DNA of 64,000 bases from the human T2T-CHM13v2.0 reference genome, Homo sapiens (GCF_009914755.1 NC_060937.1); one strand, 5' to 3'. Positions 26,251-41,820 are shown, counted from the first letter of the stretch. The notes: generated by a model from the letters alone, not told the origin. Program-made: numbers and translations.

Positions 26251-27385
26251 ATTACAGCATGACTTTAGGTGTTACTTTATTTAGGAGAATGGTCGCACTT
26301 ACACAAAACATTCTAAAGTGTTCTTTAGACAAACTTTCTCAGCACACAGTAATAATTCACTGTTAAATCACAAATCTTTAATGTTCCCTCTATTCTTTTA
26401 ATTTTCAAAGATAATCCCTAATTGTATAAGTACTAAATATCCCACTTCACTTTCAATGAGGTAACTCACTGAGGTGACTTTCAATGCAATGATTTAAAGT
26501 TCCGTGTTACTTTCAATAAGATGATTGTAACTAGGATTGCTGAAAGTTTAACACAAGGAGAAACCTAAAAAAAATTCTGTCCAGCAACATGACCCTGAGT
26601 TATTTGGTTAATGCCATTTCTTTTGGAGAACTGCTGAGACATCTATCTGTATATTCTCCATTAGTTTATCTAATAGGACACAGCTGGTTTATTCAGATCA
26701 GTTCTCCTGTATGTGGCACTGATAAATTATCTTTATAATTATTTTGACAAAAATGTTGGCCCACAAATCAAGACATTATATTTTTTCATCTGGGTTACCC
26801 CAAGTTTTCATGTAATATGATCTAACAAAAGATATCTTCTCACTTGGCTGGTGTCTAACTGATACATTAATTTTTTAAGCAATGCTGGTTTTTTTTAAAG
26901 GTCTGTTGTCTGTGTGGCATCTGTGTGTGCCAGAACATGCTGTGATAGTGATGAAGTGATCTTCATATCAAGAGATGGGCAATAAACACTAAAATTAACC
27001 ACCGAGTCTAAAGTCTTATTAATTATGGCATTCCACAAACACATAAGGCTGTAAGTAAAACAGTACAAGGGAAATAAAAGGGAATGACAAATTTGATATA
27101 ATATTTGGAAATATATTAAAAAGACAAAAACCTGGCTATCTTTTCAGGATATTCATTTTACTATGAAATTTAGTAGGATTTGTACCTAAAGCCGAATTCA
27201 AGAATAGAATTGTATACTTACTGGTAAATGTTTATTCACAAATCAAGTCATACAATTCTCAAAAGGTAGATCGCCTAAATTTTAACAATTGGGTGTGTGG
27301 GAAGGTTCATGCCCTAGAAGTATCACAATCTTCAACTACTCTTGAACTCAATCTACAACAGAATCAAGCTAAAGATACAATACTG

Positions 27386-27696
27386 CAGGGGTCCCCAATG
27401 GCCCATGGCCTGTTAGGAACCTCGTCGCACAGCAGGAGGCGAGTAGTGGGCCAGTGAGCCTTTCTGCCTGAGCTCCACCACCTGCCAGCTCAGCTGTGGC
27501 ACTGGATTCTCATAGGAGCGGGAGCCCTACTGTAACTGTGCATGTGAGGGATCTAGGTTGCATGGTCCTTCCGATGATGTGAGGTGGAATAGTTTCATCC
27601 TGAAACCATCTTCCACTCCCACACCTTTGGTTCCATTCTCGGAAAAATTTCTTCCATAAAACTGGGCCCTGGTGCCAAAAAAGGTGATGACTGCTG
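27386..27696 (+). mobile_element. MER1B (hAT-Charlie MITE)
   Basis: caggggtccccaa..ggcctgttaggaacc..gattctcataggagc..ccctggtgccaaaaaaggtgatgactgctg; degenerate 8-bp TSD caatactg/cactagtg. Confidence 0.92.
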
Positions 27697-28147
27697 CACT
27701 AGTGAACATGAGGCAGCAGTTGGCATCAAGGATGACCATAATCAGACATTTTTAAAGACAAATACAACATGGGCAATCAACAACCTTTGGGCAAACCTCT
27801 GGAAAGCAAGGCTAGCAATGGAGATATAACAGCTCAGAAATAGGCAATCGTGACTTTCAGATTTTAAAAAGTCACATTTAAAGGATTTACCTGTTAATTA
27901 TAGCTATTAAGGATCCCCTAATAAAATCCACTACCCGACACGTCCTAGCACAAGTGCAACAAATTTGTTTTCTGGGATGTATAGGTTGATTCATGTAACA
28001 ATCATTGCCCAAAAATCTTTTAAGTTCTGTTCCTTGGATGGTTTAATCTATCGTAAATGCAATTTTCATTGGAGAAGAGAGAATAATGTGCTATTTCTTA
28101 TTTACCTACTTCACTAAGAGATGGAAAGACAGTTTCTCATGTTTTCT

Positions 28148-28150
<3 letters not shown>

Positions 28151-28177
<27 letters not shown>
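28151..28177. repeat. Poly(T)27 tract
   Basis: Uninterrupted T run with no adjacent retroposon body. Confidence 0.95.
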
Positions 28178-28178
<1 letters not shown>

Positions 28179-29479
28179 CTAATTCAGTTCATTTAACTTT
28201 GCCTCCAGCAGCTCACCATAAAATTTGGGTCCAAAAAGGCCAAGGAATGTATTATCAGAAATGTTAGCTATCTCTAGGAAAATCTGTCATTCATTTAAGT
28301 GATAATCTTTAAAATTAGCATAACTATATTCTGGATCATTTTATTACGAGACTATCATGTGATTTCAATGTCTGAGTTTATTACCATTGTACGAGCAACA
28401 TGCTAAGTTACAACTGTAACTCCCAGGGTTGGTTTAGCAGGAAAGTGATGGAGGCAGACTTAACAGTGATGCGTGTAGTTCAGCAAAGGCCAAATGACAG
28501 CACTGGGAGCCATAATGGTGGTTTCCTAGTAATTCAAACAGAGGAAAGTAGCAAGAATACACTGATCTCAGAATACCAGGCTTGTCAGACTAAAAAATCC
28601 TGTGCTTTAACAGTCAGTGGTTGACAGCAACTTATCCTAAGCAAAAAAAAAAAAAAATCATCTAAAACAGATGTCATGGTAATTTCAATTTTATAGCTTT
28701 CTGAAGTGTTGATTCTATTTAATTTGCATGTTTGTTTTGTTTTCATGGCTGTATAAAGACCTATTACACAAGAGTTCAAAGCCTGTTTTTAACATATACT
28801 TAATCTCATGCAATATTATAAGCCAAAAAATTAAATATAATTTTAGAGGTATTCTATTCAAGATGATTTTTCCCCTTTAGAAGGACCTATTCATTACTCA
28901 AATTTAACCTGCAGTTTACCATTGCTTCTCTGTTATTCAGTCACCTCTAACTTTCAAATTATTGTTTTACTTGTAAAAGGCTTTTAATCTTTCCTGCCAA
29001 GCTAAAATCTGAGACAGCGCTAACCTTTTTTATGTTCATGGGGCTCTGTTGAAATATGATATCATCATGGATAATCACTGCTAAATTAATCACCTAGGCA
29101 AGTAATAGTACAATAACTTTACAAATACACAATTCAGAGTGAACCCAACATATCTTAACCTAAGTCCAAGAATCTCCATGAACATTATTTCTTGTTCTCT
29201 TGCCATTGTTAATTTACGTTTTAAAAAAAATCAATTCCAGAATTTAATTCCCAATTACTTTAGTAACTTGAATTAATTTAGTAACTTCAGTAATCTGGAT
29301 TTGTACTGTATTGTTCCCCTTATATCATTGCAGTACACACATAAAAGCAGATAACATGGTGAAATACTGCACTGAAAATAATCCTTTAACTCTGGATATA
29401 TAATAAAATTTTGTTAATGTGCAATACATTTTTTTTTTCACATGAAACATCCATCAGAAGTTTTTAAATGTTCATGAGG

Positions 29480-29860
29480 ATGGCTTCTCTACTTGAAAGT
29501 TTCATTTCAAAATGCTATTATTCCTCCAAACTTAATTAACCTATCTAAAACCAAACAGATATCTTTTCCTCAAATTACTTCATTTCACCTTCCCAACTCT
29601 TCTCCATGCCTGTGTTGTAATCATAAAAACCTAGAATGCAAATGGCTGTTTGATTTCTTTTCCTTAATATCAGATCATTCATTTGATTACACTGGAGTTT
29701 GGTTTAATATGTGTATTGATTGCCTTTTCATCATTACTCCTGTATCATTCATCCAAGTCATCAACTCTCACCACAACGATTGTGACCAACTCTTAGCTGA
29801 TGTCACCAACTCCAATTTTTTTAGTCCCCCAAATGCTCTAAAAGGAAAAAAATACTAAAA
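29480..29860 (+). mobile_element. L2 fragment
   Basis: ctatctaaaaccaaac; tcatccaagtcatcaactctcacc..actcttagctgatgtc. Confidence 0.5.
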
Positions 29861-29884
29861 TAGATTTTTTGACAGATACTCTAA

Positions 29885-30720
29885 TATTCATATTTTTGTT
29901 TATCCTACTTGGGATACTTTGTACAACCTGAATCTTGGAATTTGCATGTTTTATTAGTTCATAAAATTCTTAGACAATATGCTTTCAAATATTGACTCTC
30001 CTTTTTCTCCTGTGGGAAGTCTGTTAATACAATCTATCATTTTACATTTCCATTTTCCTTTGTGTGCTGCCTTCTGGGTAATTCTTACATATATTTTCCA
30101 GTTTACTAATTCTCTTTAGCTGTGACTCACCTGCCTCTTAATCTATTCCATTTTTTTATTTCTACAATATTTCCCATTTTTAGAGGTTCCATGTGGTTCT
30201 TGTTCAGATCTTCCTGATTACTGTCAACAGTTTTTCATTACTTGCTCACTTTTGTGGTTCATCTTTTATTTCTTTAAATAAGTACATACAGCCACTCTAT
30301 CTTCTATGTTTAATAACTCCAATATCTGTAACTCCTTAAGTGTTTAAATTCTCAGTTTCATTGCTTTGCCTAATTCTCACATATAATGTCCTACCTCCTC
30401 ATCAAGTTGGTGAAAAATGATTGTGACCTGCCTGATCTTAGTCTGTTAAAATCCTGGAAACATACAATGTGGATTCTAGCGAGGGGATTTCTGTCTGCTT
30501 CTTCTGAAAGTCAGGGTGCTACTGACTTGAAAACTGTTTAGCCCATCTCAAAAGGTCCTACTTTAATCTGGGTATCTCAGGTTCAAAACTTTCCTCCTTA
30601 TTACTTGCCCAAATCTAGGTATTCAAATAGTGATGTTTATATACATTGGTCCTCAGAGCAATCACCATTACAGTTACCAGCTCTGATTAGGGCTCATCTG
30701 TTCTATTTTGGTAAGGGGGA
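29885..30720 (-). mobile_element. Old L1M (L1ME-like) 5'/ORF1 fragment
   Basis: tttgtttatcctacttgggat..aaaattcttagacaatatgctttcaaatattg; ctgccttctgggtaattcttac..ttccagtttactaattctct. Confidence 0.7.
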
Positions 30721-30779
30721 CAGTAGAAGCACATTTCTTCTAAGAGATTTTCCACTACTTAATCCCTGCCAGTATAACC

Positions 30780-31230
30780 CAAATTGTGTTTATCAAAGAT
30801 ATGGTTGTGAAAAGATACATCATTGAATGCAAAGTCCATATTATTTTCTCAGCAACATCAACCTGTTAGTCTCCATTATAAAATATATGATGGCTCTTTA
30901 TTCATTGGAGCATATTAACCTCCCCTGCCTGTTGGTCAATAATCTGTTAATGTCTTATGTCTACCTATGGTGCCTCCAGAAGCCCCCTTCTTCCCTCACT
31001 GAGCCGGCCTCTTGATGGTTCCTCATGTTCAATACATATTCTGCCTCCATTCATACAGCATTCTCCACATTTAGACTATCCTATCCTCTTTGCTCTACTG
31101 ATCTAAATTCTGCCTACTTTCAAAACCCAGCTCAGACCCACTTTCCTTCATGTAACTTTCCTAATTCCAACATTTATTTGTCCACTCTCCTCAGCTCTCA
31201 GTCTTCTAAGCTTAACACAAAATGATACTT
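30780..31230 (+). mobile_element. L2 fragment
   Basis: aattctgcctactttcaaaacccagctcagacccactttccttcatgtaactttcc. Confidence 0.55.
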
Positions 31231-31249
31231 AATTAAGAAATTCAAAAAA

Positions 31250-31400
31250 CATGAAAGATCCTTATAGGCCACCTATTAATATTTCAGTCCCCAAATTCAA
31301 AATTAATCAAGACCCAGAGTAGTTAAGTAACTTGAAGAAGGTCATCCAGGTGTTAGATGGCACAGTTCATCCTGGCATCTGGTTCCACAATGTCAGTGCA
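31250..31400 (-). mobile_element. MIR fragment
   Basis: gacccagagtagttaagtaacttgaagaaggtcatccag. Confidence 0.65.
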
Positions 31401-31807
31401 GGGCTCATTTTAATTGATACTTCACTGGTCTTTCGACACTTCTGTTATCCCCTCTGAACATGATCTCTGCATTCAAGGCTTCCCCTCACAGTGAAAGCCT
31501 AAGTCATTACAACGACCCACATGATTGACCCTCTCCCTTCCTTCTAGCAAACACCAACCTCTCTGGCCACATCATCTCCCACATCTCTTCCCCTGGCTTT
31601 TCTGCCTCAGACACAATGCCTTTTTATTATTCCTCAAACACAGAAACACACTCCTCCTTCAGGTCTTTGTACTGGCTGCCCACTTGCCTGGAATGAGAAT
31701 AGTCTAGATTAACTGCCTGACTTAGTCTACTGCATCTTTCAGGTCTTGGTTCAATGTCCACCTATTAGAAATAGGCCTGAGCATCTAATTAAAATATTAA
31801 TGCTTCC

Positions 31808-32506
<699 letters not shown>

Positions 32507-32839
32507 TTAGTTGTTGATCTCTATGCTATCTGCCCCACTCCTCAAAGAAATAAGTTCATGATTGTCTATTTTATCCCTACTCCCTAAAACAGTGCCCAGT
32601 ACATGGTAGAAGCACAATAAAATATTTGATGAATGAACAAATCAATGAATGACAACACGAGGTACAGTTACGTAATGCACAGTTGGCATTGTGGCAATGG
32701 CCAGAGTATAAAGACCATACAGAGATCGCCCTTCTCCAGTAGTGCTCACGGTACAGGAGAAAATGGACAACAATACGTACTTGCTGATCAACAGATGCAA
32801 GATTTATACATAAGATCTTTCAGATAATTACAAAATCTT

Positions 32840-33350
32840 TTGAAGGTGCACCTAAAAGATCACCTTCTAACCCTCCCAGCCCAAGGTATCCAAAGTAAAA
32901 TTTGCAAAGTCTTCAACTAGGTTCCGTTTCCATACTACCAGTGGCCGAGCATAAAGCACTTGTCAGAAAGAGGACCTCATTTTTCAAACAATTTGACTAG
33001 TTAATAAGTTTTTGCTTCCTCATATATTCCAGTTTTGCCTCCGTATAACTTCCAAAGTTTGTACTAACTCTGCCTCCTGAAGTACACATGATGAAGCATA
33101 CAACATCAACAATAAATCTTTCAAAAATCTGAAAATCTGTTGTCTTTTCACATATATGCCTGTTCCTCTGTGGACTAAATGCTTTTTGTTACTTCAATGA
33201 TGCTTAATATGGGATGATTTTCAAATCCCTCACCATCCTGGCCACATATACCTAAACAGATTGCTCATTTTCAGAATAAAGTATGTTGCCCTCACAGGAC
33301 AGACATAGCATTTCCAGCACAAAGTCAAGGGAATTTTAATAACTGTGATA
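32840..33350 (-). mobile_element. L3/CR1 LINE fragment
   Basis: ttcctcatatattccagttttgcctccgtataacttccaaagtttgtactaactctgcctcctgaag resembles antisense L3; ttttcaaatccctcaccatcctggcca. Confidence 0.6.
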
Positions 33351-34263
33351 TCCAGACAGCCATTCATCAATCTACATATACCAGGCATCCACTAGGTCCC
33401 AACAAACTTACGTTTGTTTAAAAACAAAATTTTTATAGGCGCATTTAAATATCTATTAATCTTCTTGGTGTTAACTTCATTCAGTCCACACTTTTCCATT
33501 TTGTCCAAATAGCTTAAGGGAAACATCTTTAAATTCTTTGGTTTTTCTTGATCTACTATTCCAAGAATCCTCTCAATTTGGTTATTTTGTATATAATCAC
33601 CCTGTACGTGTACATTTCTATATAATTTATAAATTTTCTAATTTTATACTTTCAAACGTTATTTTTTTTGGACACATTTAATGGCTCAGCAATGTGAGCA
33701 GAACAGAATTATTAGCCTCATTGATAAATTGATATGCAGGAGCTCATAGAGATTACAGCAAGTTAAATGTATAGCTGGAAATAAATTCCAAGCCTTTTGA
33801 TTCTTCATTTGTACTAAGTCTCCTCCACTGGCCCACCTTCTGAGCAGGCTTTATTTTTTCAGAAATATTCATATTTGCTCCAAATTAACACAATCTATTT
33901 AATATTATTTTCCCCAGAAAAAGTTTGGAAATTTTAAAATTCTGTAGTGTTTGAAAGTCACATCTTTGCCCTATTTTGAAGGTGTAATATTTGATAGAAC
34001 TAAAAGCAGGCTTAATCCTGCTTTTAGAACTCACGTGTTCTAGTACTCAAATGCCTAAATATATTTGGCAAAATTTTGTAATCAAGTCATAAATGTAACA
34101 CTATATAATAATCTTAAACTACAGATTGTTCTGCAATTTGTCTTTATTAAAGCAACTTGAATCTTAGCCACAACATTTTTAGGTAGTGGAAATTGTGAAC
34201 TATATAGCAATGAATTCAAACTCTTGACCCTTAAATAAAAAACTTTATAAGATAAATAGTTAA

Positions 34264-34953
34264 GAGGGGTAGGAGAGAGAGAATGGTTGTTATCATAGGA
34301 TACAAAGTTTTAGATAACAGGAATAGGTTTTGAGATCTATGGCACAACAGGCTGACAATCATTAATAATAATGCACTGAATATTACCAAATAACCAGGGG
34401 TGCTATGGTTTGAATATTTGTCCCCTCCAAAACTCATGTTGAAATTTAATGCCCAATGTGGCTGTATTGAGAGGTAAGGGCTTTATGAAGTGGAATGGGT
34501 TAATCCATTCATAGATTAATTGAATAATTAATGAGTTATTAATGGGTTATCATGGAAGTGAAACTGGTAGCTTCATTAGAAGAGGAAGAGACACATGAGC
34601 TAGCAAACTCAGCCCCTTCACCATGTAACACTCTATGTCACCTGGGAACTCTGCAGAAAGTCCCCACCAGCAAGAAAGCCCTCAACAGATGTGGCCCCTT
34701 GACCTTGGACTTCTCAGCCTCCAAAACTGTAATAAATAAATTCCTTTTCTTTATAAATGAAGCAACAAAAAACAGACTAAGAGATTTATTATCAAATTTT
34801 TACCATGAAAAAAGATAAGCTAGGTGATTGATATATTAGTTTGACTTAGTCATTCTATACTGTGTGCACATCAGGACATCTCACTGGGCCCCATAAATGT
34901 ATACAATTATTTGTCAAAAATATTAATAAAATTTTTAAAATAAATGAATAAAA
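34264..34953 (+). mobile_element. L1MA 3' end, split by an MST LTR
   Basis: ggatacaaagttttagataacaggaataggttttgagatctatggcacaacagg ... ccccataaatgtatacaattatttgtcaa; candidate TSD ataaatagttaa at 34252-34263 and 34954-34965. Confidence 0.85.
34401..34784 (+). mobile_element. MST solo LTR (MSTB2/MSTC-like)
   Basis: tgctatggtttgaatatttgtcccctccaaaactcatgttgaaa..ccccttgaccttggacttctcagcctcc..cagactaaga. Confidence 0.9.
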
Positions 34954-35997
34954 ATAAATAGTTAATAAGAGGCAAGAGCATAAGGTATGGTGTTAGATGA
35001 ATGAAAATATTTATTCAAATTTCATGGCTATTAAAATTAAAAAGTTTCATTAGGAAGCTATTTCAACTTTGGTTCAGAAAATCAATATAAAATGACAAAG
35101 AAAGACCCAAGTCTAACACTATAAATTTAGTGGATATGCAGGATAATCTTTGAAGATGCTATTTAGCAAAATTCATGGCTTCAGTACTGCCCATGTACTC
35201 TGTAGATTAACAGATTAACAGCCAGACACATTCCTACAGTCAGGGACAGAGAAACAGAACAGTGGTTTAGAAGTTCACAGAAAGGTTCTTGAATAAATGC
35301 ATATGCAGTGAATTTCTATGAACTTGAGAGTATTTATTTCCCTATTCTAACTGAAGAATTACAGATTTTTGAAGAGTACCTAGAATGTAATAAACACTAT
35401 GTCAGAAGTTATAGAAATAAGAAAAATGTTCAGATAATAAGACAGTACAAACTAAAAGTTGCATTCTTTATGTACTGAATTATGGAAATGGATTTTGTCT
35501 TTGTGCCTTCATTCTACGTCTTTATTCCAAAGCAAATACCATATAACCTTTTCAATAAAACTCTGTCATGTAGGCCAGAGACTCTGCCATCAGCTCGTGT
35601 TTCTGTTCCTTTTATGTTTCTGTAGGATACAATGATTTAGAATAGGATGTGTCCAGGGCTTGCTTTTTTTGTTTTGTTGCAATAAGGACATTGCTGATGG
35701 TTTAACTACTGACTTCTCCTTCACAATAACTCCCAAAAGGTAGTTTCTAAAATAGTTTCCACACAGCTTCTCAGGAAAATGCTGCCCATTGTTTATTTAA
35801 TGAGGGCTACTAGAGCTATAAATATTTAGTGTTCTTTTTCTCAGTTCATTATGTTCAAGTTTGCCTTTTCTTCTTCAATAGGCCATTAAAAAAATCACCA
35901 CAGTTTATCAGCCCACAGGTGTGGGTTCCCACTGTGTGGCCTTCCTTTAAGCAACTCCCAGGGAAAAACATAAACTTAAACACTCTTTTGTGGATAC

Positions 35998-36446
35998 TGT
36001 TTTGGGTTGAATTGTGTTCTCCAAAATGATATGTTGAAGTCCTAACCCTCAGTACCTCTGAATGTGATTTTATTTGGAATAAGGTCATTGCAAAGGTAAT
36101 TAGTTAAGAAGAGGTCATACTGGAAGACGGTGGGCCCTGAATCCAATAAGACAGGTGTCCTTATAAGAACAGGAGAAGAAACACACAGAGACACACAAGG
36201 AGAAGCAGAGACAGAGATTGGAGTGACACATCTACAAACTAAGGGACACCAAAAATTGCTGGCGAACACCAGAAGCTAGAAGAGGCATGGAAGCTTCTCT
36301 CCTACAGGTTTCAGAGAGCCCATGTCCCTGTTGACATGATAACTGTGGACTTCCAGCCTTCAGAACTGTGAAAGAATAAATTTCTGTTCCTTTAAGACAC
36401 CACGTTTGTGGTCATTTGTTAAGGCAGCTCTTAGGAAGCTTATACA
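35998..36446 (+). mobile_element. MLT1C-like solo LTR
   Basis: tgttttgggttgaattgtgttctccaaaa..gaagtcctaacc..caccagaagctagaagaggc..gacttccagccttcagaactgtgaaagaataaatttctg. Confidence 0.9.
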
Positions 36447-36759
36447 TAGGCTAACTCACACACCAGAGTTCTTTGTTAACTCTTTAAGCAACAACTTGGC
36501 TTTTTATCTCTTTTCAGGTTTTACATTCCTTCTACAATATTAAGCTCCTTCTTCTCCCCTCACTCACAGCATGAAGCTTTAGGCTTCATCCTCTGGCTTC
36601 TCCCTCTCTCTCTCTCTCATATCCTTCCCCTACTTCTCCATGTTATTATCTTTCATAACTTATCTCATGCGTTACCCTTCTCCAAGAAACCTTCCCTTAT
36701 TTCTGGCCAAGATGAGCACTGTGCTGAGCTGTTTTCCCCAAGCAGGGCACACATTTCTC

Positions 36760-36880
36760 CGACACGTATCTGTCTTCCCCACTAGAACACTAGCTCCTGA
36801 GGCACAGTGTTTCTGTTTCTCATCACTGTACCCTCAGGACTGAGCTCACTATCAGGCACACAGTGTTTGTTGCATAGACT
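36760..36880 (+). mobile_element. L2 3' end
   Basis: tctgtcttccccactagaacactagctcctgaggcac..tcatcactgtaccctcag. Confidence 0.65.
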
Positions 36881-38596
36881 ACTTTTGTTTTGCATTTTCA
36901 CACTTTCTTCTTCCCATAGTCTAGTCTCGCCTCTCCTTACACGTCACTTAGTCATCAGTTTGGTAGTCAGCAAGTCATTTTAGGGTTTCCTTCCTTGGAG
37001 AAAATCCTTCCACATGTAAATCTAGCAAAAACCAGCTGATGCAGCACTTGGGAGCCACAGTCCAGCTACAGGAACGAGGGCTAGTCCTCGGGTTTGCCAT
37101 AATTTTAACCATCAACTGTAAATCACAGTGCACATTTCATTCAGCTTGATGGTGTGTGACAAGGCCAGAAGGAGAAGCATTTAGTGGATCTAAGCATGAA
37201 TAAGAAAACTCTTTCCTTCCTACGAATACAATGACCAAGAGACTCCTCAGTCCTCTGTTACTCACAGAGTATACTGCTCCTCTCACATAGTGAGAAAGGG
37301 AGAACTGGACTGGATGGGCTAATAAATAAAATAAAGCTTTCATGTTGGCAATGACCAAAGTAACAAATTTAAACTTGGCAAAAAGACAGAAACCTTTTAA
37401 TACCTTTAAAATAAAAAGATTTTTATTTTTAGAAAGCACTTTTTAAATATAAATTAATATCACCTTCATTATATTTTTATTTCAGCTTTTATTATTTGAA
37501 GTATAACACTTTTAAAACTGTACAAGCAGCATGGGCCAAATTTCTAAACATGGTGATACAAACATATTATAATTGCATCTGGAACAGCTTTATAAACATT
37601 TTTCTATTAAAAGAAAAGTTTTTTTTAAAAAGGAGGAGCAGAGTCAACTGTTTTATAAGAAATCATTTATACTGCATATCCATGAATTAAACAAATTTAT
37701 TTTTAATCTTTGCTGGTCGCTGGCCAGCCCAGCTCTGAGTCTTTAAGCTGACTGGCTTATTCCTGCCAACATCAATAAATGTTCCCTGGCACCTTTGCCT
37801 TCCATCCTATACCCCAAACCACTTTGCTCTGACCTACCTTAAACCCTATTTTCTGACTTATTTCTGATATCTGCTCCTGATCCCTTGAATTTCCTTTTCC
37901 AGGTCCTTCTCTGGCACCCGGGTTTACCACCTCTGAGAGACCCACTCTCCCTATGTGGCTCACTCTGCTGTGAGTCTGGGCAGACATGAGAAGACCAACC
38001 CACTCGTCCCCTGGGACCCTAGGCTTGCTGCAGGCGTTCATCAGCAGGGGGTGGTTGTGCTTATTAAAGCCCCAAGAATTTCACCAAAGTGAGGCATTTT
38101 CACTAACTCCTACCTTGACTGTTCTGAGAATAGTACACATAGCAGGCACTCAAATAGATGTGGAGAGAGCCAAATAACTTTTTTTTCATTAAGAAACAAA
38201 CATCTATAAAGTTACAGAAAAAAACAAATTCTCTGGCTGGCTTTTGATAATCAGTATGAGTTGCACGGGTGAAGCAAATTTAAACAAGGTTGGAGAACGC
38301 CTCTGTGAAGGACCTTCTTCCCCACAATCATTCTTCAACAGGAAAAAATGCAAGAGACAGCACACGGGGCTATTCTAGCACAGTCTCTTCCTTCAAGAGA
38401 GCTCTCATCTGTTACGTTAGCAAAAATATAGTTTCTTTAGTAAATGGTCTGGGTGGGGGGTGATGGGCAGGGGAACTATGTGTTTTCCATTTATGTTTTC
38501 ATCTTTTTTTTTCCTTTTGGGATCCTACATTTCCCCTCTTGCTCGTTTTTGCTTTCATTGAAGAATTCCCAAAAGTAAGTTTTCCATTTTACATTC

Positions 38597-39520
<924 letters not shown>

Positions 39521-39897
39521 TTTTTCAGTATTTTTGAATTTAGGATTGACTTTCTCTCTTGATGGTGGATTTCAGCTCAATTACATCTTCTCTTTTCCAT
39601 GCAATTTTTCTAAAAACTCAGCTCTCCACAAAGACTTGAGAAGGAAACTTGAGAAATCTCTTTTCCAGAAGTTAGTGTTTACCTTTCTACTTATGGAGAG
39701 TTTAAAATTTGTAGTGTTCTCTGTCTTCCTCTCATGCCAAAAACTTGGAGTTTTATGATTTTATCTGTTCTGTTCTTATTGATCTTGCATAGATTTTTAG
39801 AGGATTGGAATAATTTGGCTTTCATAATTAAAAAGCATAAATCCTGTATGAAACAGGCAAATAAACAGTACTCCAACTTGGGGAAGAGCTAATACTT

Positions 39898-39948
39898 ACA
39901 CACACCCACACACACACACACACGCACACGCACACACACACACACACA
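39898..39948. repeat. (CA)n microsatellite with CG/CC interruptions
   Basis: acacacacccacacacacacacacacgcacacgcacacacacacacacaca. Confidence 0.97.
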
Positions 39949-41174
39949 GCTTTAAAGTGTTAATAATTTTACATAATCGCTGACACTTTGAATAGTTATT
40001 CATAGAAATAACAATTAATTAAAAGATACAGCTTTATTGAATTCCAGAACTGGGATAGAGCACAAGAACCAGAGCTATCAAACATCTAGTAAATATCTCT
40101 GCCTCACTATAGCAGAGGAGCCACGAGGTTATTTCTTCTGCAAGTATCTACCCCACAACACCCCAGAATCCTCAAAAGTAAAAAACTGAATGAAATTAAT
40201 GTCATTATGTTGAATGTAGCACTTTTGGTACAATGCTTTATATAGCCAATATAAATAAACACTGTCAATGTCTTTGCCTCCTATTCTCTGCCTGTAAAAC
40301 AGCAATCATAATATTTAAGTAAGAACCATCTGAGAAATGTTATGATGAATTAGCCAGAGTCTGTAAGTTACTTTGCAGTGAGGGCTTAAGTATGATCATT
40401 TAGGTTTGATGTATGGAGTGAGAAGGTAGAAGCTTTAGTGACAGACTGTAGTCACATAAATTAATATATTAATATTTAACAAAGAAATGGGAGATGAGGA
40501 ATTGGGATGTCTGCATCTTCTACACTGTAAGTGCAAGGACTGACTTTGAGCTCCTGTAGTTATATAATTGTCCTTATTTGTTAACTTCATCTGTCCCCAA
40601 TTAACAGGTAAAAAACATATTCAAAGCAGTAAATGGTGTCAGCGGTTATTTTGAAGGTAGGGACATGCACACTAATATTCCGTAGGCCACTCTTGTGCTC
40701 AACTAGGTCACAGAATGGCCATCTCTTTAAATCAAACTTTGCAGCTACTGTCCAAATTTGGACGAGCATCACCAAAAATTCACTATCCAAGGTTCAGCAT
40801 GGATTATATACCAAGTGTCTGATTGGCCCTGCCTTAAAAGGAAACATTCCATTTTCTTAGTGTCCATTTTATCTGCTACAAAAATGATTACTTTATAAAT
40901 GCTATAAAAAACTCAATACATAGCATTTGTACTAGGAGACAGGCACTTACTATACTAATAAATCTCAACACCTTTCCTGGTACTACCCCCTCTGCCTAGA
41001 GTGATTCCTCTCATATTTACACTAACCTTTCCAATGCCTAGATCAGTGGTCACCACCTTGGAGCCCTTCTACACCTTGTAAATCAGATATAATCACCCTA
41101 TGCTTAGAAATCTATTATTTTTAAATACCTATGTTTTTGTACCCGCCCATACTGCTTATGACATACATATATGA

Positions 41175-41412
41175 TGGCAACATAGAAGTATATTTAAGAG
41201 CCCAGCTTTTAGTTTATACTATGTACCAAGTTGGACTCTACCATTTATTTGTAGTTAACACCCTGACTGGCAGATCATTCTTAAGACTCAGTTTCTTCAA
41301 GGAAGAGAAAGATAGTAATAGTTAACCTCATAAGTTTGTCAGAAGAATTAAATACATGAAATACTAAATCTGGCAAACAGGCAATAAACAAACACTAGCT
41401 AATATTTTTATT
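41175..41412 (+). mobile_element. MIR
   Basis: tttaagagcccagc..ctctaccatttatttgtag..gactcagtttcttc..gatagtaatagttaacctcataagtttgt. Confidence 0.75.
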
Positions 41413-41711
41413 CCTGCTACAAGTATCCTGCTTTGAGTGTAAACTCTTTGTATTGGAGATTACAGATTATGTATTTGGTGACCCCACAGCATCTAGGCCA
41501 ATGTCTTGTACATAATAGGTATTCAGAAGGCATTTTAAAAATCAAACTAAGTAAAAAATTCTAAACAAACAATATTTGTTGGGCTTTTCTACTGTGAAGA
41601 CACAGTGAGAAATGAAAAAAAAAAAATTCCTGACCTTTAGGTCATTAAATGCTTAATCTAGTTAAAAAGCTTAGTCTAGCTAAGGGGTAGTCTTTAAATG
41701 CTTAGTCTGGT

Positions 41712-41820
41712 TATATACACACGTACACATATATACAAACAAATATATACACCAACATCTACACACACACACACCATATACACACACACATATCTATGTA
41801 TACAGAGAGAGAGAGAGAGA
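41712..41820. repeat. Compound (TA/CA)n + (GA)n simple repeat
   Basis: Read directly from the sequence. Confidence 0.9.
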
